Below are positions 18,001 to 27,301 of a DNA stretch of 64,000 nt, in pieces; the stretch's first letter is position 1; each line of letters opens with the position of its first letter. A program made the position numbers and the translations under genes. Source of the DNA: Barthelona sp. PCE (lineage: Eukaryota); NCBI GenBank assembly GCA_040285745.1, contig JAUFOR010000004.1:1054001-1118000 (forward strand). The letters are read 5' to 3'. Under the pieces are notes generated by a model, which ran no database searches, was not told the DNA's origin, and saw nothing but the letters and a program-made list of their open reading frames with translations.

Positions 18001-19245
18001 AGCAACGCTTGCACGGTCCTGATCAAGCTCAGTCTTGATACGACTAAGTCTCTTGGACTCAAGCTTATACCTACTATCAGCAGTAAACAAATTCTTTTTG
18101 ATTTCATTAATTGCTTTATCAAGTTTCATGATATTAGTCCTGATCCATAGTGCAGCTTCATCAATGTTACCTTCAAACTGTTCCTCAATCAATTCAAACT
18201 CAATCTTAACAACTTGACTATCCTTGACTTTTTGTTCTTTTTCATCAAGTTGTTGAAGCATCTCCTTGATCTTATTCAGCTCCTGTGTCTTAATGAAACG
18301 ATTCAATCTGTTTAAAATAAAAGATTTCTTCTGATATTCCATCTTTGTGGCAATATAAGTTTCTGCACTTTTTCTCTGATCATTCATTGAATCAACATAC
18401 TTTTGCTTACCACGTACCTCCTGTTTCTTCAACTCAAGACGCCCTACCATCTTACTATGCTTCTCTTCATAATCCTCAATAACACTAATAAAACGATTTG
18501 ATCCAATAACTTCCTCAAGATATTCTAGTAATCCATCTTTGGAACTACTTCCCTTCGGTTTCATCATTGCAATACGCTCGACTTCACCCTGAAGAATTAA
18601 GAAACGATGATTAGTTAAATCTAAACCATATGCATTTTTGAGTTTTTCTTTCAGATCAGCTGCTCGAATGGACTCATTGTTGAAAAAATAATTTGTTGTG
18701 TGTGTTTTTCTGTGTACAACACGCTTGATTGTGAACTCACTGCCCTCTTTGATATTGCAAGTACCATCAGACAAATCTTCGACTTCAGCGAAAAAAACTT
18801 TAACGTGAGCTTTTTTTGCGTCTGTAAGAAGCGCTGAGTTATGAACAAGCTCTCCAACGCGCTTAAGACGAAGACGAGATGCTGAATACCCAAAAGCAAA
18901 GAGTAAAGCATCGAGAATGTTGGATTTTCCAGATCCATTAGGTCCGATGATTGAAGTGAATCTTTTATCGAATGGGCCGATCACGCGGTGCCCCGCGTAC
19001 GATTTAAAGTTGAAAACTTCCACCTGAGTGATAACCAGACGATACTTTTGGAGTGCGGGATCACGAGATGGTAAACTAGGGACTAAAGTCAATGGGTTAA
19101 CGTCGCTTATGACGAATATTTCTTCATCTGACTCTATCTTGGGGATTTCCTCGCTTATTTCAACCATATTTTCAGAATTTTCTTCAACCGCTTCTTCTTT
19201 GGTTTGGTTCTTCTTCTTAGACTTCTTCCTCCTCTTAGATGGCAT
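15094..19245 (-). CDS. SMC4: Condensin subunit SMC4
   Basis: NFKSYAG..IGPFDKRFTSIIGPNGSGKSN; RFLILQGEVERIAMMKPK; coiled coils and hinge; VRPPKKSWK..LSGGEKTL..YRPNPLYVMDEIDAALDFRNVSIVA. Confidence 0.95.
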   Translation of the reverse strand: MPSKRRKKSKKKNQTKEEAVEENSENMVEISEEIPKIESDEEIFVISDVNPLTLVPSLPSRDPALQKYRLVITQVEVFNFKSYAGHRVIGPFDKRFTSIIGPNGSGKSNILDALLFAFGYSASRLRLKRVGELVHNSALLTDAKKAHVKVFFAEVEDLSDGTCNIKEGSEFTIKRVVHRKTHTTNYFFNNESIRAADLKEKLKNAYGLDLTNHRFLILQGEVERIAMMKPKGSSSKDGLLEYLEEVIGSNRFISVIEDYEEKHSKMVGRLELKKQEVRGKQKYVDSMNDQRKSAETYIATKMEYQKKSFILNRLNRFIKTQELNKIKEMLQQLDEKEQKVKDSQVVKIEFELIEEQFEGNIDEAALWIRTNIMKLDKAINEIKKNLFTADSRYKLESKRLSRIKTELDQDRASVAKMKDSIRGTEIEMQDKARSVGIIEETHAELVEEQTEISEKIQLCNSQIDEKTAELSDEAIEVRKALGQLQMDTLQLNESRNELKVQESTLNQEIKSLHNIVNVSDSDLQESIDRKAQYQEQLNKVIKEYDEVKEEKELLEEKKKRMQAEAKTIVGKCNESRKDLQRLSIEEDNIQRQIDSVASSSFYEKCAIHFSEGVIGHIMEFVEFDPKYETAIVSAFGGQLNTLLVASNEVAKNINNFVRSQRQTNRNSVPRGFSCFVPSFSTQLYGKRLNQQEVDMNASVKRLYDCLIFNAENEFAKGAFFDVLKDIHVCDTTEEAHACSVGSFFKNRRVKAVTLDGVLCDTLGAMTVGGGNNKSNRHKKGPSLASLNKKIKRIVNQKASASQTIDECDLQVQSIQEILKEIHEQVKSKGLIMSDLRKKNEVLVENMFVCEKNIRLLGVNESDMRNNEKMLTAAEKKLGKVQKKLKKSENEYQEAENRKLELQQEYIRLGGHEIQILIDRRDTMNKRYEAVSQNLKEQKKQLIQLNEYISSFQQRIDDGLLKLEEARKKRAGTVAKYEKANSVVSKLSETLEALQAKDREFGLLHDEMEEHFDHVKNEIKKLEAVLKAIKDRRSEETTRMKKVSQVLSEIKQTNLRCSEGICQLNSFLNPEIPTLAEDRDKAIDIMKQHMEEDENWITAKSFGEMDEADIEEFQAELKKTIAKSKTMFEAMTDVDLNVLKLYRAAYRDYMQFQERYDSFYNITSTMASKLEQLRLTRHKIFLDGFLEIKAKLRELYQTLTLGGDAELERRDRLDPFSEGIDFTVRPPKKSWKKIVNLSGGEKTLASLALIFALHSYRPNPLYVMDEIDAALDFRNVSIVANYLVEKTQHAQFIVVSLRNNMFELANRLIGVYKTDDMTKTVSIRPDDYLEPKRETNEELTEEQEFPAIEPEVTTEEVLEEEQKGAVEEEEAVEEIVEEEAIEEE

Positions 19246-19302
19246 GGGGAGACAAGTGCGGAATTTGTTGAAAGGATAAAAAAAAGTAAAACAAATTTTT
19301 CT

Positions 19303-20844
19303 TTACATATACATCTCATCATCAGAGTTCTCGTTGTCAGCACCAAGGAATTCAAGCTTATTCTCTCCATACAAGTTCCAAATTTCCACAACTCTCTTGC
19401 GGTTACGTTGATGTTCCTTTTCAACCAATTCATCAATCAAACTCGTACATATCTGCTCTTCTGTCTTGACAAGCCTGTCTTCCACTGACTCAATATAATT
19501 AATACGATGATCTGCTGAAGCAGTTAACGAGGCGACCATTAGATTACGTAAATCATCAGTCTCTACTGCATTCACAACCTCTCTAATCTCATCATCGAGT
19601 TCACGGGAGCACTTAAGCAACTCCTTACTTACTGTGAAACATAATTCTCTTGAAGTTGTCATTAAGGCAGAACGTCGACCTCGGAAATCTTTCAATAAAG
19701 AAGATGTTACTTCATGACATCTAGTCTCTGAACTGAACAACTCTTGTACAAGGTTTTCATTTAATTGTTGTAATTCCATTAAATCTTCTTGTGAATGATT
19801 CAATTGTAGACCCTTAATCCATAAATTTTTTTGAATTAAATGCTTCTTCTTCTCAAACGTCTCCAACGCATTGAGTGAAACTTCTTCGATCTGTTCTTGC
19901 AATAAATCTTGTGATTCTGAAAAATATTCAACTTCTTTCTCCTTCTGTTCTAATTCACCATACATTTTCTCTCTAAAATCGGTGCTGATGAGCTCAATAC
20001 GCTCTCTGAATGACTCAAGCAGGTCCTCAACTCTCTCCAAGTTAGCCAATTCCGGTAAATCTGGGTCGTTCGCCAACAATAAATGATACAGCTCATCTTT
20101 GAAAAAACCCAGACAATTAGCTTTGTTATCAGCGTCTGTTCTCTCCTTCTTCTCTTTGGCCGCCCTCTCCTTTTCCTTAACACTACGTTCCTCTTGTTCT
20201 AGACGTCGAATATCTCCTTCATACAATTCTATAGCGCCTGCTCTCTGATGTTTTTGAACTAATTTGTAGTTAAGATAGCGTAGGTTGGGCAGAAAAGCAA
20301 TGAGAAAGTCGTTGGATGTCTCACCTAACTCATTTTCCTTTGTAATAATAATTCTCAAATTTGGAAATTGTCTAAATTGAAGGAAACTTGATAATTCAGA
20401 TGTGGTAAGCTTGTTCTTGCCCAGATTTAGCACCTCAAGATCATGCAAATTCTCAAGACCTTCAATATGGCTAATTTCATTGTTGAAAAAACTCAAAGTT
20501 TTTAACTTCACTAAAGAATCCAATCCCTCAATACGTTTGATCTTGTTGAAGCTCAGGTCCAGCCATTCAAGCTGTGTGAGAGTCTCAAGGTTCTCGATCT
20601 TTGTGATTGAATTGTTATCCAATTGTAGCTTCTTTAACGATGTAAAGGGACGGAGATTCTGGATTGTCAAGATATTCTTGAAGCTTAGCTCTAGGACTGT
20701 TGTCTCAAAAATGTGAACAGACTCAAGTGCATTCTGTCTTTTTTCATATTCACGGACTGACTTCTCAATAAGCTCGTGGTTGATAACACCCGTCTGAGCC
20801 TGACCCCCTGTCAACGCAGTTTTTGCAAAAGACGTTGATGTCAT
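19303..20844 (-). CDS. DRC3: Dynein regulatory complex subunit 3 (LRRC48)
   Basis: LSFKNILTIQNL..LKKLQLDNNSITKIENL..LEWLDLSFNKI leucine-rich repeats, IAFLPNLRYL, coiled-coil tail ending EHQRNRKRVVEI. Confidence 0.85.
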   Translation of the reverse strand: MTSTSFAKTALTGGQAQTGVINHELIEKSVREYEKRQNALESVHIFETTVLELSFKNILTIQNLRPFTSLKKLQLDNNSITKIENLETLTQLEWLDLSFNKIKRIEGLDSLVKLKTLSFFNNEISHIEGLENLHDLEVLNLGKNKLTTSELSSFLQFRQFPNLRIIITKENELGETSNDFLIAFLPNLRYLNYKLVQKHQRAGAIELYEGDIRRLEQEERSVKEKERAAKEKKERTDADNKANCLGFFKDELYHLLLANDPDLPELANLERVEDLLESFRERIELISTDFREKMYGELEQKEKEVEYFSESQDLLQEQIEEVSLNALETFEKKKHLIQKNLWIKGLQLNHSQEDLMELQQLNENLVQELFSSETRCHEVTSSLLKDFRGRRSALMTTSRELCFTVSKELLKCSRELDDEIREVVNAVETDDLRNLMVASLTASADHRINYIESVEDRLVKTEEQICTSLIDELVEKEHQRNRKRVVEIWNLYGENKLEFLGADNENSDDEMYM

Positions 20845-20988
20845 AAGAAAGAGGAATACTATGCTTTAACACCTTTTAGCATTATATTTACTCTGTTGAT
20901 ACACTTTTAAAGGATCCAATATGAGATCAAGGATAATGTAGAGACAAAAAAAGCACCCAAAATTGTTTTACGTATTTAAACCCATCTC

Positions 20989-21093
20989 ATGATTTCAGAC
21001 AGCAACCTCACATTAGTAATCTCAACCATCGCGTTTGCAGCCATGCTTCTCGTTGTGTTTTACCACAAAAATGAACCTGAAACAGAAGAGTAG
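20989..21093 (+). CDS. OST4: Oligosaccharyltransferase small subunit OST4 (34 aa; below the ORF-track cutoff)
   Basis: ATG 20989 to TAG 21091-21093 reads MISDSNLTLVISTIAFAAMLLVVFYHKNEPETEE. It matches the OST4 pattern MI(S/T)D..L + single TM + L(V/I)V.YH. Confidence 0.8.
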   Translation: MISDSNLTLVISTIAFAAMLLVVFYHKNEPETEE

Positions 21094-21223
21094 AGTTTCA
21101 TTCATCAACATCCAACATAACAATGTGTTCCATGTTTATTTTACGCTTTTGAGCATGATTTTTGCCAGTATACACTATGTTTAATTAATAAAACATCGCT
21201 TTAAAAACACTTTTTTATAAATT

Positions 21224-22117
21224 TTAATGATTATTGTCTGTCATGAGGACGGATAACGTCTTTTTCAAATCCTCTTGCCTTTCTCTTGCGTTCTGGGCAA
21301 CTGTTAAAAGATAATCTAACCTATTAGCAGGCAAATTATCGAAATCTAAAGCATGTAAACCTCCACTACCATTTAAATTTTTGCGTTCTACAATTGGTGT
21401 TGGTTCTGTGATATGGGAGATGTCCATAGGACCTTCAGTTCTTTTAACTCTATCATGTTTCTCAGTTACATCATTATGTTGTTTAGATAACTCATCCAAT
21501 TTTTCCAAAATTTTCACTTGATTTTCTTCAAAATTAGTGGTCATTCTTGTTTGCTCGCTCTCCAGGGCTAATATTCTCTGGTTTAATTCATCATACAAAG
21601 TATACAAGCTGTTAAAATCACCCTTCCTGCGATGTTCGTTCTTGCTCAAAGTTGAAAGCATTTGTTCATGCGCAACTTTAGCTATCTGTGAATGTGGTAA
21701 GTTATGCATGGGTTGCGCTCCTCTATGTTGATCTCTGTACAACTCATTATGTTTCTTTTTTGCTAATTTAATCAAATCATTAACAATACGTAACTTTGAA
21801 TCTGTGTCTGATTCGTTCAGGTCAAGGAACTGTTCGGCAGTCATCAGCGGCCTGTATCCAAACAAGCGTTCTGCTGTCTGAAAACAGTCCTTTGTAAATA
21901 TAATATCATCATCCAGACGAATGTTGACAGAATTCGACTTTTCGATATATTCCGGTAGATATCGCGAGAAGCCCAGGAACGTGTGATGTAAGATCTGAAT
22001 CAATACAGCTGGATGAGCAGTTTGAAGCTGTGAAACTCTAAATCCATCTTCAGGGAAACATAGGCGTCTTAAATCCTTCAATATGGAATCGCAAAAGTGC
22101 TGATTCGTGAGTGACAT
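21224..22117 (-). CDS. CEP44: Centrosomal protein CEP44-like
   Basis: N-terminal LRRLCFP..PAVLIQILHHTFLGFS..DIIFTKD..LFGYRPLMTAEQFL..KLRIVNDLIKLAKKKHNEL matches the CEP44 domain; coiled coil follows. Confidence 0.8.
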   Translation of the reverse strand: MSLTNQHFCDSILKDLRRLCFPEDGFRVSQLQTAHPAVLIQILHHTFLGFSRYLPEYIEKSNSVNIRLDDDIIFTKDCFQTAERLFGYRPLMTAEQFLDLNESDTDSKLRIVNDLIKLAKKKHNELYRDQHRGAQPMHNLPHSQIAKVAHEQMLSTLSKNEHRRKGDFNSLYTLYDELNQRILALESEQTRMTTNFEENQVKILEKLDELSKQHNDVTEKHDRVKRTEGPMDISHITEPTPIVERKNLNGSGGLHALDFDNLPANRLDYLLTVAQNARERQEDLKKTLSVLMTDNNH

Positions 22118-22363
22118 GATAAAATCAACTTCAAAAAAAATAAAATTCGAATGAGATGCAATTCAAAACATAAACCACTCATTATATGGATTTTTTCCAC
22201 TATAGTGAGACCTATATACAACTTTACACCCTAAAAGATTAAGATAAGAACTCATTCAGATGCTTACACTTTTATTTCCTGTACATCAGGCATTTCAAAA
22301 TTTTGGTTAAAATAGCATCATATCGAGCGCAAAATGATATTTTTTTAAAATTTACTGATATAA

Positions 22364-22894
22364 TTACTCCTCAGTAGGGTTCTCGGGCTCCTTTTCTTCA
22401 GTTTCTTCAGTTTCAACGGGATTCTCTTCGGTTTCAACGGGTGGAGCAATGAGCTTCTTGCTTGTCCAACGGTCTTCAAAGGATTCAACTTCCTCTTCAT
22501 TCATATTATCATACTGAATATGAGTTTCAACATTACCATCTTTTTCGGTGGTGGTTGTTGTTTGTTTATGCTCGCCCAGTTGGCGAACAACAACTTCCTT
22601 GCGGAAACCTTGAGAGTTGATGCTTGTCTTGCTATAAAATTTCTTGGTAGGAACAACGGGTTCAGGTTCAGATTCATAGGTTTCTTCAATGAGCTCTTCC
22701 ATGTCTTCCTCTGGCTTACACATGCCGTCACAATGAGTATCTGCAACGAAAGGATGGAAAGTGAGGAATTGTTCAAAGATATTAAGAGGTTCATATGAAC
22801 GACGAACTGGATGAACTGGACGACGACGACGGCGGCGGCGGCGAACAGGCATATAAGCGGGCTCAATGAGGCTAATAAGTGGTGAGTAGAACAT
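22364..22894 (-). CDS. Myeloid leukemia factor (MLF)-like protein, intact copy
   Basis: C-terminal RQLGEHKQTTTTTEKDGNVETHIQYDNMNEEEVESFEDRW resembles the MLF C-terminal motif (G..E....F.NM.E.....F..(E/R)W). N-terminal poly-Arg from a CGC/CGT run. Confidence 0.6.
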   Translation of the reverse strand: MFYSPLISLIEPAYMPVRRRRRRRRPVHPVRRSYEPLNIFEQFLTFHPFVADTHCDGMCKPEEDMEELIEETYESEPEPVVPTKKFYSKTSINSQGFRKEVVVRQLGEHKQTTTTTEKDGNVETHIQYDNMNEEEVESFEDRWTSKKLIAPPVETEENPVETEETEEKEPENPTEE

Positions 22895-23355
22895 TGTTAT
22901 GATTGTTATGAGTTAGGTAAAAAAACAAAATACAAGAATGTAATGGTAATTCAAAATTCAAGACCATTTATGGGCTCTGAATCGACTTTGTAAGCGACTG
23001 TAAAGGGAAAATTTGTTTATATGACCTTTTTGTGAACATAATAAATGGTCCAGCATTTTTAATTAGTTGGGCCCTCTAAGGCTCATGTTCCTTTTCTGCA
23101 AATTCATTGTTGTAAATGGTGATATTACTTCAAATATATGCTTTGTACCGCATGGTTTTGGTGATCAACCAAAAAGAAAGTCATTTTCGGATTCAACCTG
23201 TGTGCTTCCATTACATAATATTTATCTGGTTACACTGTGCATTTTCGCTGCTTGGCTGAGTATTAAGCATGCGAAAACTGCAAATGAAATAAAGTTTCGT
23301 TATCAATTTCCTTACTCAATACACTTTCCCTCTAAAAAGTTTTGTGTGTATCAAA

Positions 23356-23703
23356 ATGGATATAATAATGCTTATCATTTGGTGTTTGGTTGTCTCAGGA
23401 ATTATTTTCTCGATATACCTGGTTGTTATGGATATGCGTCATAAAGACCATTGTCCCAAACTTTTTACATTGCCTGCATGTTACTTTGTTCTGGTATACT
23501 TTATAATGTGCGCCATATCACTTCAGTTTAACGTAAATTATCTTTACAGAATTGGTGCATACTCAGGAGTTATAACTGCAATTTGGTTCAGTGTCAATAA
23601 TATTTTAGGCCGTAAGAAATGCCCTGTCCTCTTCAAAATACCTCTTTGTTACGTTGCTTTCATTGCTTTCGCATCACTCATTATTTTACCTTATTTGAGC
23701 TAA
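23356..23703 (+). CDS. Small 4-TM membrane protein with two CPxLFxxPxCY motifs (DsbB/VKOR-like thiol-redox candidate), copy 1
   Basis: ATG 23356 (MDIIMLIIW). Internal twofold repeat: SGIIFSIY..CPKLFTLPACY and SGVITAIW..CPVLFKIPLCY. Confidence 0.6.
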   Translation: MDIIMLIIWCLVVSGIIFSIYLVVMDMRHKDHCPKLFTLPACYFVLVYFIMCAISLQFNVNYLYRIGAYSGVITAIWFSVNNILGRKKCPVLFKIPLCYVAFIAFASLIILPYLS

Positions 23704-24319
23704 TTTGAAGTAATTGACCATTAATAGTTGGCCCATGTATAGGTTATGGGTCATGGGAATGAGCTAATGTTCATGTAATCGTTTATTGTATATGATTTTG
23801 AAATTGAGTAATTGCAGGTTGTAATAACTTTCTTTTTAACAATAAAATTTGGTTATGTGCCTGCTTTTTCTTGTATTACACTACATTTTCATTCGAAGAA
23901 AGAAAAAGAACGTCATTACTCTTGTAAATAAACTGGATCATAACACATTCACAATCATCCAATCCACATAAAACAGAGCAATAATGCTGAAAGGTTAATA
24001 CAGATGCCTCAAAGAACATATACTTGATATATTTGCGTCTTTAAAAAAAATTATCAACACAAGATACTGATTGATCTACTATGCTTCTTATGCTGAACTT
24101 TTGCTTAATATTATATGCAAAAATTCCGAATAATCCCTCAAATAAGATAAAGTTGTAGAAACAGATAGTCCGGCATCTTCTAAGATATAAGAGCTATATT
24201 CTACGGTAATGCGCATATATTGTGCACATAATGAGCACTTTACATCATAAGAAAAGATCCAAACCTTCTTTCCAACTTGTTCTAATTTTTATCACCTTTT
24301 CAAGCGCATTTTTTGTTAT

Positions 24320-25228
24320 ATGGCGCCAACGTTTAACGTGCAACCGCACAAATTAACATTCAAAGCACATGCAAGCTCTTCCGACGATCCCTATATCGCT
24401 GCCAATTTGGATAGCACAAGCCAGAGCCGCAGAGGGTGGAAGTCTGAGAGGTATGTCACCAAAGGCATGGTCCGCACCCCATTTAAAGGGTAGCGGAACA
24501 ATCCGCATTATTCACCTGTTTTGGTGAAAAATTCATCATTATTAACATTTAGATACGCAAAACATCCCCACACGCTGTACCTGGTCTTCGATGAGCCTGT
24601 TTTTGTAGAAAAATTTGATTTTTTAAGTCACGAGCACGCAATTAGTGCAAAAGTTGATGTCTTTCTCGGTAAACCAAAGCGTAAAAGCATCAGCTACGAG
24701 AATGCGAACTACGACCACCTCGGTTTCTTTACTTTAGCCAGTAATTCTGGCATAGACAGTAATATCAGACCATTAAGAAGTGTAGTTGTTCGTCAAAGTT
24801 TAAGAGTTTTGAAATTAGTATTAAATGAACATCATCATCACACACAGAATATGTTTGACCAGGTGGGCGTGAAGCGCATCGATGTAGAAGGTTGGACAGT
24901 TAAAGAAAAAGTCGAAATGAACAGACTTTTAGAAGCTCCAAAAGAAAATATTAGAAAAGCCTCAGAAGCTAATGAACGTGGTTCCTTAAGGTATGACCAT
25001 GTCACCGCAACACAGATCAAGAACCTCCTTGTCCGCAAGCAACAAGCCGTTGATGATGAGAACTACATGGAGGCAAAACGTTTGAAATTAGAGATCGAAC
25101 GTCTCCATGAGGTTGGAAAACAGATTTCTGTCCTTGAGGAGGAGAAAAAGGCCGCAGTCATGATGGAGGATTATGATAGAGCTCATGATCTGAAGAAGAG
25201 AATTGAGAAGATGAGAAATTTAAGATAA
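24320..25228 (+). CDS. Truncated CEP104 copy (exons 24320-24450 and 24553-25228, 268 aa): N-terminal domain plus UVR-like coiled coil only
   Basis: Same exon 1, intron and exon 2 as the full copy. The frame crosses the duplication junction at 25219/25220 and stops at TAA (..RNLR*). Confidence 0.7.
24451..24552 (+). other. Spliceosomal intron (102 nt) in CEP104 copy 1
   Basis: GTATGT..ATTAACATTTAG. Contains an in-frame TAG. Splicing joins GWKSER|YAKHPH and restores the CEP104 N-terminal GW.S.R...P motif. Confidence 0.9.
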
Positions 25229-25344
25229 GAACTCATTCAGATGCTTACACTTTTATTTCCTGTACATCAGGCATTTCAAAATTTTGGTTAAAATAGCATC
25301 ATATCGAGCGCAAAATGATATTTTTTTAAAATTTACTGATATAA

Positions 25345-25876
25345 TTACTCCTCAGTAGGGTTCTCGGGCTCCTTTTCTTCAGTTTCTTCAGTTTCAACGG
25401 GATTCTCTTCGGTTTCAACGGGTGGAGCAATGAGCTTCTTGCTTGTCCAACGGTCTTCAAAGGATTCAACTTCCTCTTCATTCATATTATCATACTGAAT
25501 ATGAGTTTCAACATTACCATCTTTTTCGGTGGTGGTTGTTGTTTGTTTATGCTCGCCCAGTTGGCGAACAACAACTTCCCTTGCGGAAACCTTGAGAGTT
25601 GATGCTTGTCTTGCTATAAAATTTCTTGGTAGGAACAACGGGTTCAGGTTCAGATTCATAGGTTTCTTCAATGAGCTCTTCCATGTCTTCCTCTGGCTTA
25701 CACATGCCGTCACAATGAGTATCTGCAACGAAAGGATGGAAAGTGAGGAATTGTTCAAAGATATTAAGAGGTTCATATGAACGACGAACTGGATGAACTG
25801 GACGACGACGACGGCGGCGGCGGCGAACAGGCATATAAGCGGGCTCAATGAGGCTAATAAGTGGTGAGTAGAACAT
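25345..25876 (-). pseudogene. MLF-like copy 2, frameshifted (or homopolymer sequencing error)
   Basis: CC in copy 1 is CCC at 25578-25580, which splits the ORF into the 109-aa and 167-aa track entries. Confidence 0.6.
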
Positions 25877-26337
25877 TGTTATGATTGTTATGAGTTAGGT
25901 AAAAAAAACAAAATACAAGAATGTAATGGTAATTCAAAATTCAAGACCATTTATGGGCTCTGAATCGACTTTGTAAGCGACTGTAAAGGGAAAATTTGTT
26001 TATATGACCTTTTTGTGAACATAATAAATGGTCCAGCATTTTTAATTAGTTGGGCCCTCTAAGGCTCATGTTCCTTTTCTGCAAATTCATTGTTGTAAAT
26101 GGTGATATTACTTCAAATATATGCTTTGTACCGCATGGTTTTGGTGATCAACCAAAAAGAAAGTCATTTTCGGATTCAACCTGTGTGCTTCCATTACATA
26201 ATATTTATCTGGTTACACTGTGCATTTTCGCTGCTTGGCTGAGTATTAAGCATGCGAAAACTGCAAATGAAATAAAGTTTCGTTATCAATTTCCTTACTC
26301 AATACACTTTCCCTCTAAAAGTTTTTTGTGTATCAAA

Positions 26338-26685
26338 ATGGATATAATAATGCTTATCATTTGGTGTTTGGTTGTCTCAGGAATTATTTTCTCGATATAC
26401 CTGGTTGTTATGGATATGCGTCATAAAGACCATTGTCCCAAACTTTTTACATTGCCTGCATGTTACTTTGTTCTGGTATACTTTATAATGTGCGCCATAT
26501 CACTTCAGTTTAACGTAAATTATCTTTACAGAATTGGTGCATACTCAGGAGTTATAACTGCAATTTGGTTCAGTGTCAATAATATTTTAGGCCGTAAGAA
26601 ATGCCCTGTCCTCTTCAAAATACCTCTTTGTTACGTTGCTTTCATTGCTTTCGCATCACTCATTATTTTACCTTATTTGAGCTAA
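26338..26685 (+). CDS. Small 4-TM twin-CX8C membrane protein, copy 2
   Basis: Protein identical to 23356-23703 from MDIIM onward. Confidence 0.6.
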   Translation: MDIIMLIIWCLVVSGIIFSIYLVVMDMRHKDHCPKLFTLPACYFVLVYFIMCAISLQFNVNYLYRIGAYSGVITAIWFSVNNILGRKKCPVLFKIPLCYVAFIAFASLIILPYLS

Positions 26686-27301
26686 TTTGAAGTAATTGAC
26701 CATTAATAGTTGGCCCATGTATAGGTTATGGGTCATGGGAATGAGCTAATGTTCATGTAATCGTTTATTGTATATGATTTTGAAATTGAGTAATTGCAGG
26801 TTGTAATAACTTTCTTTTTAACAATAAAATTTGGTTATGTGCCTGCTTTTTCTTGTATTACACTACATTTTCATTCGAAGAAAGAAAAAGAACGTCATTA
26901 CTCTTGTAAATAAACTGGATCATAACACATTCACAATCATCCAATCCACATAAAACAGAGCAATAATGCTGAAAGGTTAATACAGATGCCTCAAAGAACA
27001 TATACTTGATATATTTGCGTCTTTAAAAAAAATTATCAACACAAGATACTGATTGATCTACTATGCTTCTTATGCTGAACTTTTGCTTAATATTATATGC
27101 AAAAATTCCGAATAATCCCTCAAATAAGATAAAGTTGTAGAAACAGATAGTCCGGCATCTTCTAAGATATAAGAGCTATATTCTACGGTAATGCGCATAT
27201 ATTGTGCACATAATGAGCACTTTACATCATAAGAAAAGATCCAAACCTTCTTTCCAACTTGTTCTAATTTTTATCACCTTTTCAAGCGCATTTTTTGTTA
27301 T

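Larger units (their letters stand above)
22239..25219. repeat. Tandem segmental duplication, copy 1 (2981 bp)
   Basis: Starts TTAAGATAAGAACTCATTCAG, ends ..GATGAGAAAT. Near-identical to 25220-28201. Confidence 0.97.

Noticed and set aside
26050-26337. N-terminal extension making the copy-2 membrane protein 211 aa (and the 125-aa ORF at 23067-23444)
   Set aside because: Starts at TTG and depends on an A5/A4 homopolymer difference between copies. The ATG at 26338/23356 is the shared start.
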